In this document: in pieces, positions 1 through 10,356 of the stretch
How positions within the stretch are numbered: position 1 is the first letter of the stretch
Layout: each line of letters begins with the position of its first letter
Source: an uncultured Bacteroidales bacterium
GTDB taxonomy: Bacteria > Bacteroidota > Bacteroidia > Bacteroidales > Paludibacteraceae
Assembly: GCA_937910305.1 (NCBI GenBank)
Contig: CALEPS010000188.1
Location: forward strand, 1,095-65,094
Direction of reading: 5' to 3'
DNA length: 64,000 nt
Program-made: the position numbers and the translations under genes
The notes under the pieces: generated by a model
What the model saw: only the letters and a program-made list of their open reading frames with translations
What the model was told of the DNA's origin: nothing
Database searches by the model: none

Positions 1-347
1 TTGAAGTTATAATCATGGTCGTCCGTCTGCGGTCCGAACCGGATCTCCTTCACCTCTTGCTTTTTCTGGTTGGCCTTAGCCTCTTTCTGCTTTTTCTTCT
101 GCGCATAGAGGAATTTCTGATAATCAATCACACGGCAAACGGGCGGGTTGGCGGTAGGCGCGATCTCAACGAGGTCAAGATTTTGCTCATCCGCAATTCT
201 CATAGCTTGCTGGAACGTGTAGATACCCTGCTCTACATTGTCGCCAATGAGGCGAACTTGCGCGACCCCGCGGATTTTATCATTAATCCGGTGCGGGTCT
301 TCTTTAATAACTCGGCCACCGCGTGGCCGTTGAGGAATAGTTGCTAT
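1..347 (-). CDS. infC: translation initiation factor IF-3, N-terminal part (gene runs off the left edge)
   Basis: Minus-strand translation from 347 reads [89 protein letters not shown]...[15 protein letters not shown], a typical IF-3 N-domain and linker. The frame opens after TAA (351-353). It has no ATG/GTG/TTG before the conserved domain, only ATA (347) or ATT (338), which fits the known non-canonical infC start. The ORF track misses this gene; the 15..362 + ORF is its shadow. Confidence 0.85.
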   Translation of the reverse strand, partial: MATIPQRPRGGRVIKEDPHRINDKIRGVAQVRLIGDNVEQGIYTFQQAMRIADEQNLDLVEIAPTANPPVCRVIDYQKFLYAQKKKQKEAKANQKKQEVKEIRFGPQTDDHDYNF

Positions 348-360
348 AGTTTAAGCCTTT

Positions 361-390
361 AGTCGAAAGTCAAAAGTCAAAAGTCAAAAG
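361..390. repeat. 7-bp tandem repeat (AGTCGAA/AGTCAAA) x4
   Basis: Read directly: agtcgaa agtcaaa agtcaaa agtcaaa ag. In infC sense this is TTTGACT x3, lying 14-43 nt upstream of the putative infC start. Confidence 0.9.
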
Positions 391-535
391 CTTTCAAACC
401 ATCGCTTTCATGTTAATACTACGCCTGTTCGTGTGAGCCCAAAATGCCCCACCATCGAAAAAGCGGACAAAATTACTACAAAATTTTGATATACGCAAGA
501 AATATGCGTTTTTTTTCATTTTTTTCCGCATTTTA

Positions 536-567
536 TTTGCGCGCGTGAATATTTTTTCGTACCTTTG
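536..567 (+). promoter_or_regulatory. Bacteroidetes-type promoter (TTTG-N20-TAccTTTG) for the 613 lipoprotein gene
   Basis: TTTG at 536-539, a 20-nt spacer, then TACCTTTG at 560-567, about 45 nt upstream of ATG 613. This matches the -33/-7 consensus described for Bacteroides. Confidence 0.6.
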
Positions 568-612
568 CACGTTATTTTTGAGTAAAAGCGTAAAATCTTA
601 AAATAATACAAT

Positions 613-1536
613 ATGAAAGTAAAGAGTTTAATAGCCCTGACCGCCGTATTAGGAATGGTTTTATTCGGTTGCAAGGAGAATCCGTATATTGCATCTCCGG
701 GTGATAACGAAAAGACAAAAAACGATACGCTCCCGACGATTGCAGACCCCGAACCGACGGCAGACCCTTCCGGCATAGAGATTCCGGAGGGTACGATTAA
801 CGTCAACGAGGCGGTGAAGATAGCCCAGAAACTGGCAGCCGGAGAGACATCAAAAGACAAATATTTTATCAAAGGCTGGGTTACCAGTTTTGATACAAAG
901 GGCCGCGGCGATAATTTCGCCAACGATTTCCCGAGATACGGAAATGATTATATATGGTTGAGCGCCCGTCAGGACGGCAAGGGGACCAAGCAATTCTACG
1001 CATACCGCATTCTGGGCAAATTCGGTGCAAAATTGCCGGATTTGGATTGCATCCAGATTGGTGATTTCGTGGTGATCAGTTGCTATCCGATGAATTACAG
1101 CGGCACATATGAGAGCAGCGGTGCTTGTTTCGTCTATAGTTCATCCAATGCGCATTTCAACGAGGTATTCGGACCGTTCCCGGGTTGTCCTGCTCCTAAA
1201 GAGGGTGAAATCAGCGTAACCGAAGCAGAGAAGATTGCCTTGACGCTGGAGAAAAAAGCCACTTCGACAGAGAGTTACCGCGTTCTTGGTGTCGTTACCA
1301 GCGTAGAGACAACCGATCTGGGCACCTACGGCAACATGACCTTCAACATCTCGGACGGTTTGAGTTATGCGACATGCTACCAGACGTATTGCAAAACCGC
1401 CAGCGGAAAGTTCACAAACGTCAACCAAGTGGCAGTAGGTGATACTGTGTTGATTAATGGTAAAATACAAAACTATAACGGAACCTGCGAGCCTTTCCGC
1501 GCATACATGGAGGAAAGCACCAATCCGAACTTCTAA
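613..1536 (+). CDS. putative lipoprotein with two repeated OB-fold-like domains
   Basis: Signal peptide ending in the lipobox LFGC. There is an internal duplication: INVNEAVKIAQKL...YFIKGWVTSF versus ISVTEAEKIALTL...YRVLGVVTSV. Function is unknown. Confidence 0.6.
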   Translation: MKVKSLIALTAVLGMVLFGCKENPYIASPGDNEKTKNDTLPTIADPEPTADPSGIEIPEGTINVNEAVKIAQKLAAGETSKDKYFIKGWVTSFDTKGRGDNFANDFPRYGNDYIWLSARQDGKGTKQFYAYRILGKFGAKLPDLDCIQIGDFVVISCYPMNYSGTYESSGACFVYSSSNAHFNEVFGPFPGCPAPKEGEISVTEAEKIALTLEKKATSTESYRVLGVVTSVETTDLGTYGNMTFNISDGLSYATCYQTYCKTASGKFTNVNQVAVGDTVLINGKIQNYNGTCEPFRAYMEESTNPNF

Positions 1537-1570
1537 ACGAGAAAGAAAAATTTAAATTAAATATACAAAA

Positions 1571-3568
1571 ATGGCAAGTTTACAAAAAATTAGAAATCAT
1601 GGCGCATTGTTGATCGCTATTGTCGGTCTCGCCATGCTGGCATTTATCCTCGGAGACTTTTTGAACTCCGGTAGTAGTTTCTTCAACCGTAGCCGCGAGA
1701 ACGTAGGCGAAGTAGAAGGTCAAAAGATCCACTACACGGAGTATGAGGCAGCCAGAGAGCAATTAACCGAGGTGTACAAGATTGAGAGCGGTCGTTCGGA
1801 TTTTGACGAAGACATGTACGCTCAGATTCGCAACCAGGTATGGAACATGTTCGTGATGGACTATACGCTCCGCGCACAAGCGAAGGAGATCGGTTTGGAC
1901 ATCACTACAGATGAATTGAGCGAACTTTGCATTGGTGAGAATCCCCACCAGATCATCCGCGGCCGCCGCGCATTCATGGACGAGAACGGACAGTTTAACC
2001 GCCAAGCGGTAATTGGTCTGTTGCAGGCTATCAACAGTGAGGATGCCGACGAAGAGAACGCAAACCTGAAACAAGCCAAGACCTATTGGCTGTATTGGGA
2101 AAAAGCTGTTCGTATCAGCTATATGCAGGAGAAATACACCACCCTGCTCCAACACCTGCTCAAGGCAAACTCGCTGGATGCCGAGTATGCGTTCAACAGC
2201 CGTCAGAACGGCGTGAGTGCGGACTTTGTGATGCAACCGTATTATAGCGTGGCAGACAGCCTGGTTAAGGTAAGCGACAGCGATATCAAGAAACTGTACA
2301 AGCAGCACAAATCGCAATACAAACAAACTCCTAACCGCGCTATCAAATATGTAGCATTTGACATCGTACCCAGCGAGGATGATTTCAAGGCAGCCAAGGA
2401 ACTGATGACCGGCTTGCAGGAAGAATTCAAAACAGCTGAAGACGTAAGTCTGGTAGTAAACACCAATTCGGACATCATGTATGACGGACGTGACTACTCG
2501 GCAGAGAACGTTCCTGCGCAATTCAAAGAGTTTGCATTCAGTAGCGGCGCAAAGGCAGGCGACTGCACCGAGATTCTTTTCGAGAACAACACGTATGCAA
2601 TGGCCCGCATCATGAAGGCCGGCTATTCAATGCCTGATTCCGTTGAACTGAAGGCGATCGTTGAAGGTCAGGAAGATCAAGAGTTAGGTTGGTTCAAAGC
2701 TGCTGACCTGCCGAAGAATATTGCAGAACCGGCATTGAGCGGCAAACGTGGTGATCGTTTTACCGTAGCTCAGGGAATGGGAGAACAAACCTTCGAGATT
2801 ATGGAGATCGGCAAACCGACACCGAAAGTAAAACTGGCTATCCTGGCACGTGAGGTAACCCCGTCCAGCAAGACTTATTCGATCATCTACAACAACGCTA
2901 AGCAGTTTATCGTAGATAACAACAATGCTGAAGCTTTGGAAAAGGCTGCTCAAGAGGCAGGTATGACCGTAGTACCGCAATACAACCTGACGGAGAACAC
3001 GGACAAAGTAGGCCAGTTGAAATCCAGCCGTCCTATCGTCCGTTGGGCTTTTGAAGCCAAAGAAGGTGCTGTGAGCGACGTCTTCGAGTGCGGTCAGCAG
3101 TTCGTAGTAGCAGCTCTGACAGAGGTTAACGACGGTGACTATCGTCCGTTGGATGCCGTTCGCGCCGAATTGACTTACGAAGCAATGAATAACGCCAAGG
3201 CAGCCTATATCAAGAAGGAACTGAAGGGCGCAAAGAGTCTGGAAGCCGCTGCCGAGAAGATGGGACAGAGCATTCAGCATATCGACCGCGTAGCACTTGG
3301 CGACAGCCGTTTCGGCAACGCCGGAATGGAGCCTGCTGTTATCGGTAAGGCTGTGGCACAGGGCGAGAACACTCTGAGTGAGCCTATTCAGGGTAATATG
3401 GGTGTCTTCGTCGTTAAGACAGGCGCTGCCAACAATCTGACAGAAGATTTTGTTGTTGAAACAGAGAAAGCACAGTTGGCAAGCCGCTTCGCTTATCTCC
3501 CCTATCAGGCTATGCAACTGGTAGAAGATCAGGCGGAGATAACGGACAATCGTGCTAACTTCCAATAA
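1571..3568 (+). CDS. PpiD/SurA-like periplasmic chaperone (peptidyl-prolyl isomerase family)
   Basis: N-terminus MASLQKIRNHGALLIAIVGLAMLAFILGDFL is the typical PpiD membrane anchor. The 665-aa size and overall pattern fit Bacteroidales PpiD-like proteins. Confidence 0.65.
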   Translation: MASLQKIRNHGALLIAIVGLAMLAFILGDFLNSGSSFFNRSRENVGEVEGQKIHYTEYEAAREQLTEVYKIESGRSDFDEDMYAQIRNQVWNMFVMDYTLRAQAKEIGLDITTDELSELCIGENPHQIIRGRRAFMDENGQFNRQAVIGLLQAINSEDADEENANLKQAKTYWLYWEKAVRISYMQEKYTTLLQHLLKANSLDAEYAFNSRQNGVSADFVMQPYYSVADSLVKVSDSDIKKLYKQHKSQYKQTPNRAIKYVAFDIVPSEDDFKAAKELMTGLQEEFKTAEDVSLVVNTNSDIMYDGRDYSAENVPAQFKEFAFSSGAKAGDCTEILFENNTYAMARIMKAGYSMPDSVELKAIVEGQEDQELGWFKAADLPKNIAEPALSGKRGDRFTVAQGMGEQTFEIMEIGKPTPKVKLAILAREVTPSSKTYSIIYNNAKQFIVDNNNAEALEKAAQEAGMTVVPQYNLTENTDKVGQLKSSRPIVRWAFEAKEGAVSDVFECGQQFVVAALTEVNDGDYRPLDAVRAELTYEAMNNAKAAYIKKELKGAKSLEAAAEKMGQSIQHIDRVALGDSRFGNAGMEPAVIGKAVAQGENTLSEPIQGNMGVFVVKTGAANNLTEDFVVETEKAQLASRFAYLPYQAMQLVEDQAEITDNRANFQ

Positions 3569-3613
3569 TCACGCGCGCGTATTATTAATAAGGAGAAGAA
3601 CATATCGCCTTGG

Positions 3614-4909
3614 GTGTGGGTACCTACTCTGTACTTCACAGAAGGGATTCCGTATTTCCTGGTAAACAGCATCTCTGTGATGCTGTTTGCTAAAATGGGC
3701 GTACCTAACGACCAGTTGGCGTTCTTTACAACACTGCTCTATTTCCCCTGGTTCCTCAAGGGATTATGGGCTCCTTTTGTAGATATCATCCGCACCAAAA
3801 GATGGTGGATTATCGCGATGCAAGCACTAATGACCGTGCTTTGTATCTTACTGACTGTTACGCTCCCCCATCCTGCGGCTGAAACTATCGCGGCGAAAGA
3901 GACATCAGTGGGGCTTTTCAGATGGACACTGATATTCTTTATCATCGCGGCTTTCGCTTCTGCGACCCATGATATAGCTGCGGATGGATATTATATGTTG
4001 GCCCATGACAGCAGAAGCCAAGCTGCCTTCATCGGAATCCGGTCCACTTTTTACCGCATTGCCTCTGTCTTTTCACAAGGAGTGCTGGTGTATATAGCGG
4101 GATATATCGAGAGCCGGACAAACGATATTCCTTTGTCCTGGCAGTTGACCTTGGGCGCTACCAGTTTCATCCTGTTTTGCGTAACGATATACCATATATT
4201 CTTCCTTCCCAAAGCGCAGGCGGACGACCAGCGGTCGCTCAAAAACGCCGGCGAAGCGATGCGGGAACTGAAAGAGTCTTTCGTCACCTTCTTTACGAAA
4301 CCGGGAGTGGGCCTGGCAATCGCATTTATGCTGCTCTACCGTCTGAGCGAAGGTTTTCTGGTGAAATTATGCCAGCCTTTCTTGGTTGACAGCCGCGCAA
4401 CGATGCTTAGAAACGGCCAGATTCTCGGTGGAGGACTGGAACTGAGTACGGATACGGTAGGTTTGTTATACGGTACTATCGGTGTGGCTTTCCTGTTATT
4501 GGGAGGTATTCTCGGCGGGATATACATATCCCGCCACGGGCTGAAACGCTCCCTGTGGCTGATGGCTTCAGCATTGACACTGCCCAGTTTCGTTTACTGT
4601 TATCTCAGTATGGCGCAACCGGAGTCACTATGGATTATCGGCAGTGCGGTCAGTTTCGAGAACTTCGGATACGGTTTCGGTTTCACGGCGTATATGATGT
4701 ACATGATGCATTTCTCGGAAGGCGAATACAAAACATCCCATTATGCTATTTGCACGGCCTTTATGGCGCTGAGCATGATGATACCCGGTTTTATAGCCGG
4801 CAGTTTGGAGATGGCTGTAGGTTATTCCGCTTTCTTCTGGATTGCCAATGCGTGTAGTATTACTACATTTGTCATCACGTACTATGTATATAAAAAATTA
4901 GAAGAATAA
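3614..4909 (+). CDS. MFS transporter, AmpG-like
   Basis: Polytopic membrane protein with about 12 hydrophobic segments. The N-terminus ...YFTEGIPYFLVNSISVMLFAKMG is typical of the AmpG/muropeptide permease family. The annotated GTG start is uncertain. Confidence 0.6.
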   Translation: MWVPTLYFTEGIPYFLVNSISVMLFAKMGVPNDQLAFFTTLLYFPWFLKGLWAPFVDIIRTKRWWIIAMQALMTVLCILLTVTLPHPAAETIAAKETSVGLFRWTLIFFIIAAFASATHDIAADGYYMLAHDSRSQAAFIGIRSTFYRIASVFSQGVLVYIAGYIESRTNDIPLSWQLTLGATSFILFCVTIYHIFFLPKAQADDQRSLKNAGEAMRELKESFVTFFTKPGVGLAIAFMLLYRLSEGFLVKLCQPFLVDSRATMLRNGQILGGGLELSTDTVGLLYGTIGVAFLLLGGILGGIYISRHGLKRSLWLMASALTLPSFVYCYLSMAQPESLWIIGSAVSFENFGYGFGFTAYMMYMMHFSEGEYKTSHYAICTAFMALSMMIPGFIAGSLEMAVGYSAFFWIANACSITTFVITYYVYKKLEE

Positions 4910-4933
4910 AGAACTCACAAAAACGACAATCAA

Positions 4934-5641
4934 ATGAATTACAAACGTATTATCCCCGATGCCATCACAAGTTGCAACCTCCTGTGCGGCAGTATTGCAG
5001 TGTTTTTAGCCACTCAAGGTGCATTCATATGGGCTTTCGTCTTCATTTTAGCGGGAGCATTCTTTGACTTCTTCGACGGGCTGAGCGCGCGTTTGCTCAA
5101 GGCTCCAAGCCCCATTGGCATACAGTTGGACTCGTTGGCGGATGATATCACATTCGGCTTGGCTCCGGCGATGATGCTTTTCTGCTGGCTGAAACCTGTT
5201 TTAGGATGGTGGGCACTGATAGCTCTGCTGATGGCTGCTTTCTCCGCTTTGCGGCTGGCTAAATTCAATGTCGATGCACGGCAGCATGATTCGTTTATCG
5301 GTCTGGCTACTCCTGCCAATGCCATCTTCTGGGGCGGTTTATGCAGCATGCCGTATGCTATGATTGCCTACGACTGGATAGGATGGTGTCTGTTGGGACT
5401 TTCTATCGTCAGCTGCTACCTGCTGAACGCTGAGATACCGTTCTTCAGTTTTAAGGGATTCAAGAAAGACAAGACTGTGATTATCAGTTTCCTGGTAGGT
5501 TGTGTCATCATCATCGGTTATTGCGTAACGAAAGCGATAATCGCCAAACATATTGAGTTTGCGCTTTTCAGCGGTACGGGATGTATATTATGGTACGTGA
5601 TGCTGAATATACTTTTGGCGTTCGTTCCGAAGGAGAAATAA
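4934..5641 (+). CDS. pssA: CDP-alcohol phosphatidyltransferase (phosphatidylserine synthase type)
   Basis: CDP-alcohol phosphatidyltransferase motif DGLSARLLKAPSPIGIQLDSLADDITFG (D-G-x2-A-R...G-x3-D-x3-D) in a multi-TM protein of 235 aa. Confidence 0.8.
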   Translation: MNYKRIIPDAITSCNLLCGSIAVFLATQGAFIWAFVFILAGAFFDFFDGLSARLLKAPSPIGIQLDSLADDITFGLAPAMMLFCWLKPVLGWWALIALLMAAFSALRLAKFNVDARQHDSFIGLATPANAIFWGGLCSMPYAMIAYDWIGWCLLGLSIVSCYLLNAEIPFFSFKGFKKDKTVIISFLVGCVIIIGYCVTKAIIAKHIEFALFSGTGCILWYVMLNILLAFVPKEK

Positions 5642-5778
5642 TGTACTATTTTTAAGATTTTGCCTGCTACGAGCGACTTACGACTCACTTACGGGACGAA
5701 AGCGAGACAAAACCGACACAAAATAAGCCCTTTAATGGCCTAAAAAATGTACGATTATTAAGATTTAACCCTTTTGCC

Positions 5779-7572
5779 ATGCGAAAACAAATCCTACTTT
5801 TTCTCGCATCAATCCTTTCTCTCTGCCTCTCGGCGGAGACATATACGATTGTGTTCAAGAGCGGCAACTCAGCCGGTGACTCCAACAGTAAGATAACCGA
5901 TCTGGCTAAAATAGTAAGCGAAGCAACAGATAATTGCGCTACCGGCGTTACTGCGTCAAACATCTACAATGCAGGAAATGGCAAAGGAGTTAAAGGAGGC
6001 ACCGGAAGCGCAAAGGGTGAATTGACCATAACTCTGAACACAGCCTATCAAGTGAGCCGGATGACCGTTTATGCTGCTGCGTACAGCAATAAAAACGACA
6101 CTGCCGCCACAAAAGGAATTACCGTTTGCGGACAAGATATCATTTGGACCGCAGGACATAGAACGGAGATTTGGCCGTATGTATTGGATATCAATGCCGC
6201 TATCAGCGAAATCAGTATTGCCGCCAAAGTAGCTGCAAGCAACCGGTGGTATGTGCAGCGAATAGAGTTCGAAGCACCGGACCCGTTGCCTAATACCGCT
6301 GCTTTCGAACATCCTTATACCGTCGATTTCGGGAGTGCACCGGTAGAAGATAGTATTCCTGCAGAGGATGTGGCGCAAATAAATGTCAAAACGAAGCATG
6401 TCACGGGACCCGTTCATCTGTCATTACAGAAAGCCGCTGTCTTTTCGCTTGGACGGGACACGTTGCCGGCTGAAGGAGGAGAGGTGGATATTGCCTATAA
6501 CTTGAGTTACACCGGCACAGCAGACGATGTGTTGTCTATTCAAGGAAAAGGACCGGACGGTGTTGAAATAACACATACCATTCCGCTGAAAATCTCCGGC
6601 TACAAATACACGCCTCCTACTTTTCATGTTGACTCTTCGTGCATGGCAATAGGTCCTATGCCCGGCTACTACTACGCTCCGGCGCAAGGCACACAGGATT
6701 CGGTGCTGAAATCCAGATTAGGCGAAATCATTAATTGCGGTATCCGTTACAAATACGGCAGCGGAAGCCGTAAGACATGGGACGGATTCTATTATACCGA
6801 CCGGGACACCAACACCAACCAGGTGCTGGATATGTACTCCGACAACATTCGCTATTTTAATCCGAACACTCCTACTGCCAGCGTAGCGGAGTTTGATATC
6901 GAGCACATGCTGCCCAAAAGTTGGTGGGGCGGAGATGTCAATCCCGCATATTGCGATTTATTCCATTTGGTTCCGGGAGACTACTCTGCCAACCGTAGCA
7001 AATCCAACCATGCACCGGGAATTCCAAGCGATACCACGTTTTGGAACGGCTCTTTTGCCACAGGAAGCGGTGAAGCTTACGGGCTGCAAAAAGTATTCTG
7101 CCCGGCAGACGAATATAAAGGAGACTTTGCACGGGCGTATTTCTATATAGCCACCTGTTATGGAGATTCGCTCAAATGGGTAGAGAATGGCGAACCGGGG
7201 ATGGCGATGACGAACGACAGTTGGCAGGAGTTCCGGCCGTGGTTGCGGGACCTGCTGTTGCAGTGGCATCGGATGGACCCGGTAAGCGAGAAGGAGAAAA
7301 CGAGGGCTGTCGAAGTGAACAAGATCCAAGGAAACCGCAACCCGTTTATTGACTACCCGGATCTGGCGGAATTCATATGGGGCGACAAACAAGGTATTGC
7401 CGTTGACTTCAGCACGTTGGTACAGAGCTATGGAGACCCGTACGGGAACACTCCTTCCTCTTTCGTTACAACCGGCTCGGAGAGCTCTGCATACAAGATA
7501 CTGCGGGAAGGACGAGTTGTTCTTATACGGAATTCGTCGATTTATACCATTTTAGGGCAACCAATACGATAA
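5779..7572 (+). CDS. secreted endonuclease I family nuclease with T9SS-type C-terminal tail
   Basis: Signal peptide. Endonuclease-I motifs FDIEHMLPKSWWGG, DLFHLVPGDYSANRSKSNH and GNRNPFIDYP. The C-terminus YKILREGRVVLIRNSSIYTILGQPIR looks like a Por/T9SS sorting domain. Confidence 0.8.
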   Translation: MRKQILLFLASILSLCLSAETYTIVFKSGNSAGDSNSKITDLAKIVSEATDNCATGVTASNIYNAGNGKGVKGGTGSAKGELTITLNTAYQVSRMTVYAAAYSNKNDTAATKGITVCGQDIIWTAGHRTEIWPYVLDINAAISEISIAAKVAASNRWYVQRIEFEAPDPLPNTAAFEHPYTVDFGSAPVEDSIPAEDVAQINVKTKHVTGPVHLSLQKAAVFSLGRDTLPAEGGEVDIAYNLSYTGTADDVLSIQGKGPDGVEITHTIPLKISGYKYTPPTFHVDSSCMAIGPMPGYYYAPAQGTQDSVLKSRLGEIINCGIRYKYGSGSRKTWDGFYYTDRDTNTNQVLDMYSDNIRYFNPNTPTASVAEFDIEHMLPKSWWGGDVNPAYCDLFHLVPGDYSANRSKSNHAPGIPSDTTFWNGSFATGSGEAYGLQKVFCPADEYKGDFARAYFYIATCYGDSLKWVENGEPGMAMTNDSWQEFRPWLRDLLLQWHRMDPVSEKEKTRAVEVNKIQGNRNPFIDYPDLAEFIWGDKQGIAVDFSTLVQSYGDPYGNTPSSFVTTGSESSAYKILREGRVVLIRNSSIYTILGQPIR

Positions 7573-7679
7573 GTGTGTCAATTTTTCTACATTTTCCGCG
7601 GAAATGTGCACGCGCGCGTAAAAGAAATTGTGTAACTTTGCAGCGTTTTTGATTGAACACATTTAACACACAAATCAAT

Positions 7680-10331
7680 ATGAGAAAACAACTATTCAAT
7701 GCCCTACTCTGCTGCCTGCTGATGGTGCCATTCATCGGTGCGAAAGCGCAGAGTACCGTACAGGACGGACAGTCAACGGAAGGTAAAGATTTCTGGGTTA
7801 CCTTTTTGCAGGCGGATCAGGATCCGAACAACGAATTGAGTCTGTCGCTGTCTATTTCTTCCCGTGAGGACTGCGAAGTGACGATCGTCAACCCTTACAC
7901 CGGTTACAAGAAAACAGTTTCTGTTACTGCGGGAGTAAGAAGCCTTGTACCTATCTACTCCGGTAATGTGTTGGCCAATAACGCCCGCTCGGCGATGGCT
8001 GCAAGCGGAAATGTCTGCTATGCCGTCAACTCGGAGAAAGTGGACACCTGTGCATTGCATGTCACTTCTACGGCAAACATATCCCTTTTTGCTACGAATT
8101 ACAAAAAGGCTACATTTGATGCTACTAACGTGCTCCCGACAGCCTCCCTTTTGGACGAATACATCATTCAAACATACACACCGTCTGACCATGACGGTCC
8201 AAGTGCGACACAAGGCTCGCACTTTGCGGTCATAGCTGCTGAAGACAACACCATCGTGGACTATATTCCTACTGAACCGACAGAGGCAATTAACACAGCC
8301 AAGAGTGCTTATGATTTCTCGGGCGGCGTAGGAATGGATCCGGAACAACTGGCTTTGGCTGCATGGAAAGCAGGCGACACACTCCATTCGCCGGTATTGA
8401 TGAAAGGTCAGGTTTATTACGTTTGGACAGGCAAGAAAGATAAAGACGCGGGCGACCTCTCCGGAACCTATGTCAAAGCTCGCGGAGGAAAGAAAATTGC
8501 AGTTTTCCAGGGATGCCCGCACACCAATATCCCATACCAAGAAGAGCAGCGTGACCATATTTTCTCACAAGCCATGCCTACTCGTTACTGGGGCAACACA
8601 TTCGCTTTGACTGCATCATCCAACCGCCCTTGTGACATCATCCGCGTATTGGCGCTCAACGATGAAACAACAGTCTATATCAATGGAGACTCGGTATATA
8701 CATTCAACTTTGCCACAAACAAGAAACACTATTGGGAATTCCAGATCGGCGAAAATGGCACATATGGTAAGAACGGTAGTTGCATGGTGACTACCTCATG
8801 TCCTTGTGCTGTACACCTGTTCATGGTTTCGCAACGCTACCATGGCGACAAGAACAGTAACGGTGACCCAGCTATGCTGTGGATCAACCCTATTGAGCAA
8901 CAGATTGACCAAGTCACTTTCGCTACATACGCCAGTTCAAACGGTACTACTTACCACTACACGAATGTCGTAACCGACAATCCTGAACTGATGACACTGG
9001 ATGGCAACTCTATTGCCTCTGCCTTCAAGCCGGTAGATGGCTCTAATACATTCCATTACGCACAAGTGTCTTTGGGTAACGAGGCGGCTTCACATACACT
9101 CAAAAGCAATGGGAGTAATTTTATCGCTCACGTGTACGGTTTCACCAAGAACGAATCGTACGGATATTCTGCCGGTGGAGCTACCAAACCGCTGACCCAG
9201 TTCATTACGATCAACGGTCAGATTTTCTCGCCGGATACAGAGAATACCCTTTGCGGCGAGGACACAATCAAATTCGCATGCCACCCCGACTACGAATACA
9301 ATAAGATCGAGTGGTTCTTCGGCGATGGAACAAACGATAAGACCAACAAAGATTCAGTGCCGCACTATTACAAGGAATCGGGCGTTTACAACGCATACGT
9401 GCTCATTTATCGCGAGAGCAGCAATGTGTGTGTAGGTCAGAACGCTGTGGATAGTATTCCTATCAAAGTGACTATAGGCCGGTACCAGTTCTCGATTGAT
9501 CATATCGAGATCCCCTGCCCGGAAGACGGAAAAGCCTATGTAGGTAAAGTTTTTTATACCAATGAAGGTAAAGTTAATCTCCATGGTGATAATGTAACGA
9601 TTGAGTTTGACGATGTCGCCAGACTGGATGGTTTTAAAAATTCAGAACTGGTCGTTAATGACGACTATTTCGGAATAACTATTCCTGCTACGGCAAAACC
9701 GGATACCAGATATGGTATCCACCTCGTAATCGAATCCGATTGCGGAGGTGCTGATACAACGATGAACTTCATGATCAACTTTGATAAGGACGTTATCTCG
9801 CAGCGATATGACAACGTTCTGGGCTTACTAACCGCTCCGTTTGACGGCAAGGAGCTGAGCGACTTCCAATGGTATCGCACTTCGGATAGTACGGCGATTG
9901 AGGGACAAATCTCATCCAACCTCAACTTCTACGATCTGCCTTACGGTGGCGATACAACAGACACATATTATGTTTGCTTCACGATCAACAAAGGCAAAGA
10001 GGACGAAGTGAAGACTTGTGCCTGCGCAAAAGCATTCAGCGACAATACGGACAAGCATAATTTCGGTCCTGACTCTACTGGACTGACCATTACCGCCAAT
10101 TATGCAATACAGAGCGGAGGCAAAGTGTTTGTCAATGCTGACTGGAAAGGCGAAAAGGATATCGAATGTTACGCTCAATGGATTGATGCCAGCGGACATG
10201 TATATCAGAATATGAGATTCGATGTACCGGACGGAGGATGTACCATTGATGTACCGGCAGAGAGCGGTCTCTACCTGCTCTATGTACAAACCGGAAAAGG
10301 TAGCCGCAGTTTCAAATTTATCATTCAATAA
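7680..10331 (+). CDS. PKD-domain surface protein (T9SS-type C-terminus), paralog 1
   Basis: Signal peptide MRKQLFNALLCCLLMVPFIGAKAQ; ATG 7680 is preferred over the TTG at 7653. It has a PKD-like WFFGDGT...GVYNAYVLIY. It shares GK(D/E)FWV, SCPCAV and GDP..W..PI(E/Q)Q.I motifs with the 12635 paralog. The C-terminus is GLYLLYVQTGKGSRSFKFIIQ. A TAACTTTG -7 box lies at 7633-7640. Confidence 0.6.
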   Translation: MRKQLFNALLCCLLMVPFIGAKAQSTVQDGQSTEGKDFWVTFLQADQDPNNELSLSLSISSREDCEVTIVNPYTGYKKTVSVTAGVRSLVPIYSGNVLANNARSAMAASGNVCYAVNSEKVDTCALHVTSTANISLFATNYKKATFDATNVLPTASLLDEYIIQTYTPSDHDGPSATQGSHFAVIAAEDNTIVDYIPTEPTEAINTAKSAYDFSGGVGMDPEQLALAAWKAGDTLHSPVLMKGQVYYVWTGKKDKDAGDLSGTYVKARGGKKIAVFQGCPHTNIPYQEEQRDHIFSQAMPTRYWGNTFALTASSNRPCDIIRVLALNDETTVYINGDSVYTFNFATNKKHYWEFQIGENGTYGKNGSCMVTTSCPCAVHLFMVSQRYHGDKNSNGDPAMLWINPIEQQIDQVTFATYASSNGTTYHYTNVVTDNPELMTLDGNSIASAFKPVDGSNTFHYAQVSLGNEAASHTLKSNGSNFIAHVYGFTKNESYGYSAGGATKPLTQFITINGQIFSPDTENTLCGEDTIKFACHPDYEYNKIEWFFGDGTNDKTNKDSVPHYYKESGVYNAYVLIYRESSNVCVGQNAVDSIPIKVTIGRYQFSIDHIEIPCPEDGKAYVGKVFYTNEGKVNLHGDNVTIEFDDVARLDGFKNSELVVNDDYFGITIPATAKPDTRYGIHLVIESDCGGADTTMNFMINFDKDVISQRYDNVLGLLTAPFDGKELSDFQWYRTSDSTAIEGQISSNLNFYDLPYGGDTTDTYYVCFTINKGKEDEVKTCACAKAFSDNTDKHNFGPDSTGLTITANYAIQSGGKVFVNADWKGEKDIECYAQWIDASGHVYQNMRFDVPDGGCTIDVPAESGLYLLYVQTGKGSRSFKFIIQ

Positions 10332-10356
10332 ATCTAACGGATAGGAGAACACTGAT

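Noticed and set aside
15-362. 115-aa + strand ORF at the left edge
   Set aside because: It is the antisense shadow of infC, whose minus-strand translation is an unmistakable IF-3. The + ORF has a leucine/arginine-rich junk composition.
3570-7620. Recurrent ACGCGCGCGT-type alternating CG palindromes (3572-3581, 7610-7619; similar runs at 541-547 and 15561-15570)
   Set aside because: They are short, few, and partly inside coding sequence. No consistent spacing or partner motif appeared, so they are probably compositional chance.
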